Of a stretch of 64,000 nucleotides of DNA, positions 63,106-64,000 are shown one piece after another. A program made the translations under genes and the position numbers. Under the pieces are notes generated by a model. That model saw only the letters and a program-made list of their open reading frames with translations. It had not been told where the DNA came from and did no database searches. Position 1 is the first letter of the stretch; each line of letters begins with the position of its first letter. The stretch covers positions 513,326-577,325 of the forward strand of contig NMRA01000034.1 of the NCBI GenBank assembly GCA_002633005.1, given 5' to 3'. The stretch comes from Phoronis australis (lineage: Eukaryota > Animalia > Phoronida).

Positions 63106-64000
63106 CTTTAATAAGGAACAGCCATTACAACACATTCAAGCAAATTAAGCTGATGAATCTCGTCAAAACATAACGTTGGGTTTTGATTAACCAATAATTG
63201 TTCCTTAATCAGACTGAAGGGGATTTCTGGGCCACTGAACCTTACACGCAGCGATGTTTGGTGGCATGAAATTTACATATGACAAAAAAATTACAAATGT
63301 ACAATTATTTTGCTCAAAAAGAATGGTCTAGATTCACAGTAATTTTCTTACATATTTCACAGGATGATTACATTTCTACAACTCAAAATCAATATCAACA
63401 ATTACATAATAAAATTTTTCACAAGTCTATTTTGTTGAGAAATTTGCCAAAAATAAAATTTCAGAGAGTAATCTGTCACCGAGTGCGCCAACAGTCTGTG
63501 GATTGTGCAATACAAACCATGGCAACAACTGATCAAAATCAACACATTGTCTATTTTGTTAAGAAATTTAACAAAAATAGAATTCCAACCATATGTCATC
63601 TGTGCTGACAGTCTGTGGCTTATGCAAAATACATTGGGAATAATACCATTGCCAGCAAGATTTGAAACGTTTTATATAGCCTCATGTAATTCTCAAACAA
63701 AATACTCGTCACCAGACCGGCATTACTTTTGAGGGACAGCCATAGTTGACCAATCTATAATATTGCAAGGATCATTTTAGAAAAATGTGGGTATGGGTTA
63801 ATATTGACCCACACAGCTTCAAGTCTATGGGTCAGTTTGCAGGACCTGTGGTCCAGTTTGGGGGACTATGGGCTTCCAATTATAACGGGTTCGTCGGCCC
63901 GAATTAAGCAATCGCAGTGTCTCAATGAAAATATTTTTTGGCCAACACGGGGCGCACTCCTAAAATTATTCCTGTATTGATGGCACCAAGATGGCAGTCT

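Overview
This is AT-rich eukaryotic (metazoan, probably invertebrate) draft genomic DNA with GT-AG introns, two N gaps (10515-10931, 30092-30326) and single Ns at 8867 and 35700. I reconstructed four spliced genes by hand from splice sites and reading-frame phase: NMT (N-myristoyltransferase, +, 5' end outside the window, 5052-19477), PNPO (pyridoxine/pyridoxamine 5'-phosphate oxidase, -, 34915-23470), CDCA7 (zf-4CXXC_R1 protein, +, 37833-51560) and CCDC93 (-, 3' part only, 63105-53234). Introns hold many non-autonomous elements: two Kolobok-like THAP derivatives (one with a nested piggyBac-type MITE), Helentron-associated HINE-like elements, tRNA-derived SINEs, other MITEs and minisatellites. 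The most notable observations are: (1) a duplicated, intact, divergent PNPO exon 4 that looks like a mutually exclusive pair, flanked by RNA-structure elements; (2) a HINE-like element in a CDCA7 intron carrying a tandem array of co-oriented CTCF-like motifs; (3) two stop-containing decoy copies of an NMT exon start; (4) a presequence-like N-terminal extension on PNPO with a second in-frame ATG; (5) a Kolobok-like insertion that splits a tRNA-like sequence. All family assignments come from recalled motifs; no database searches were run.
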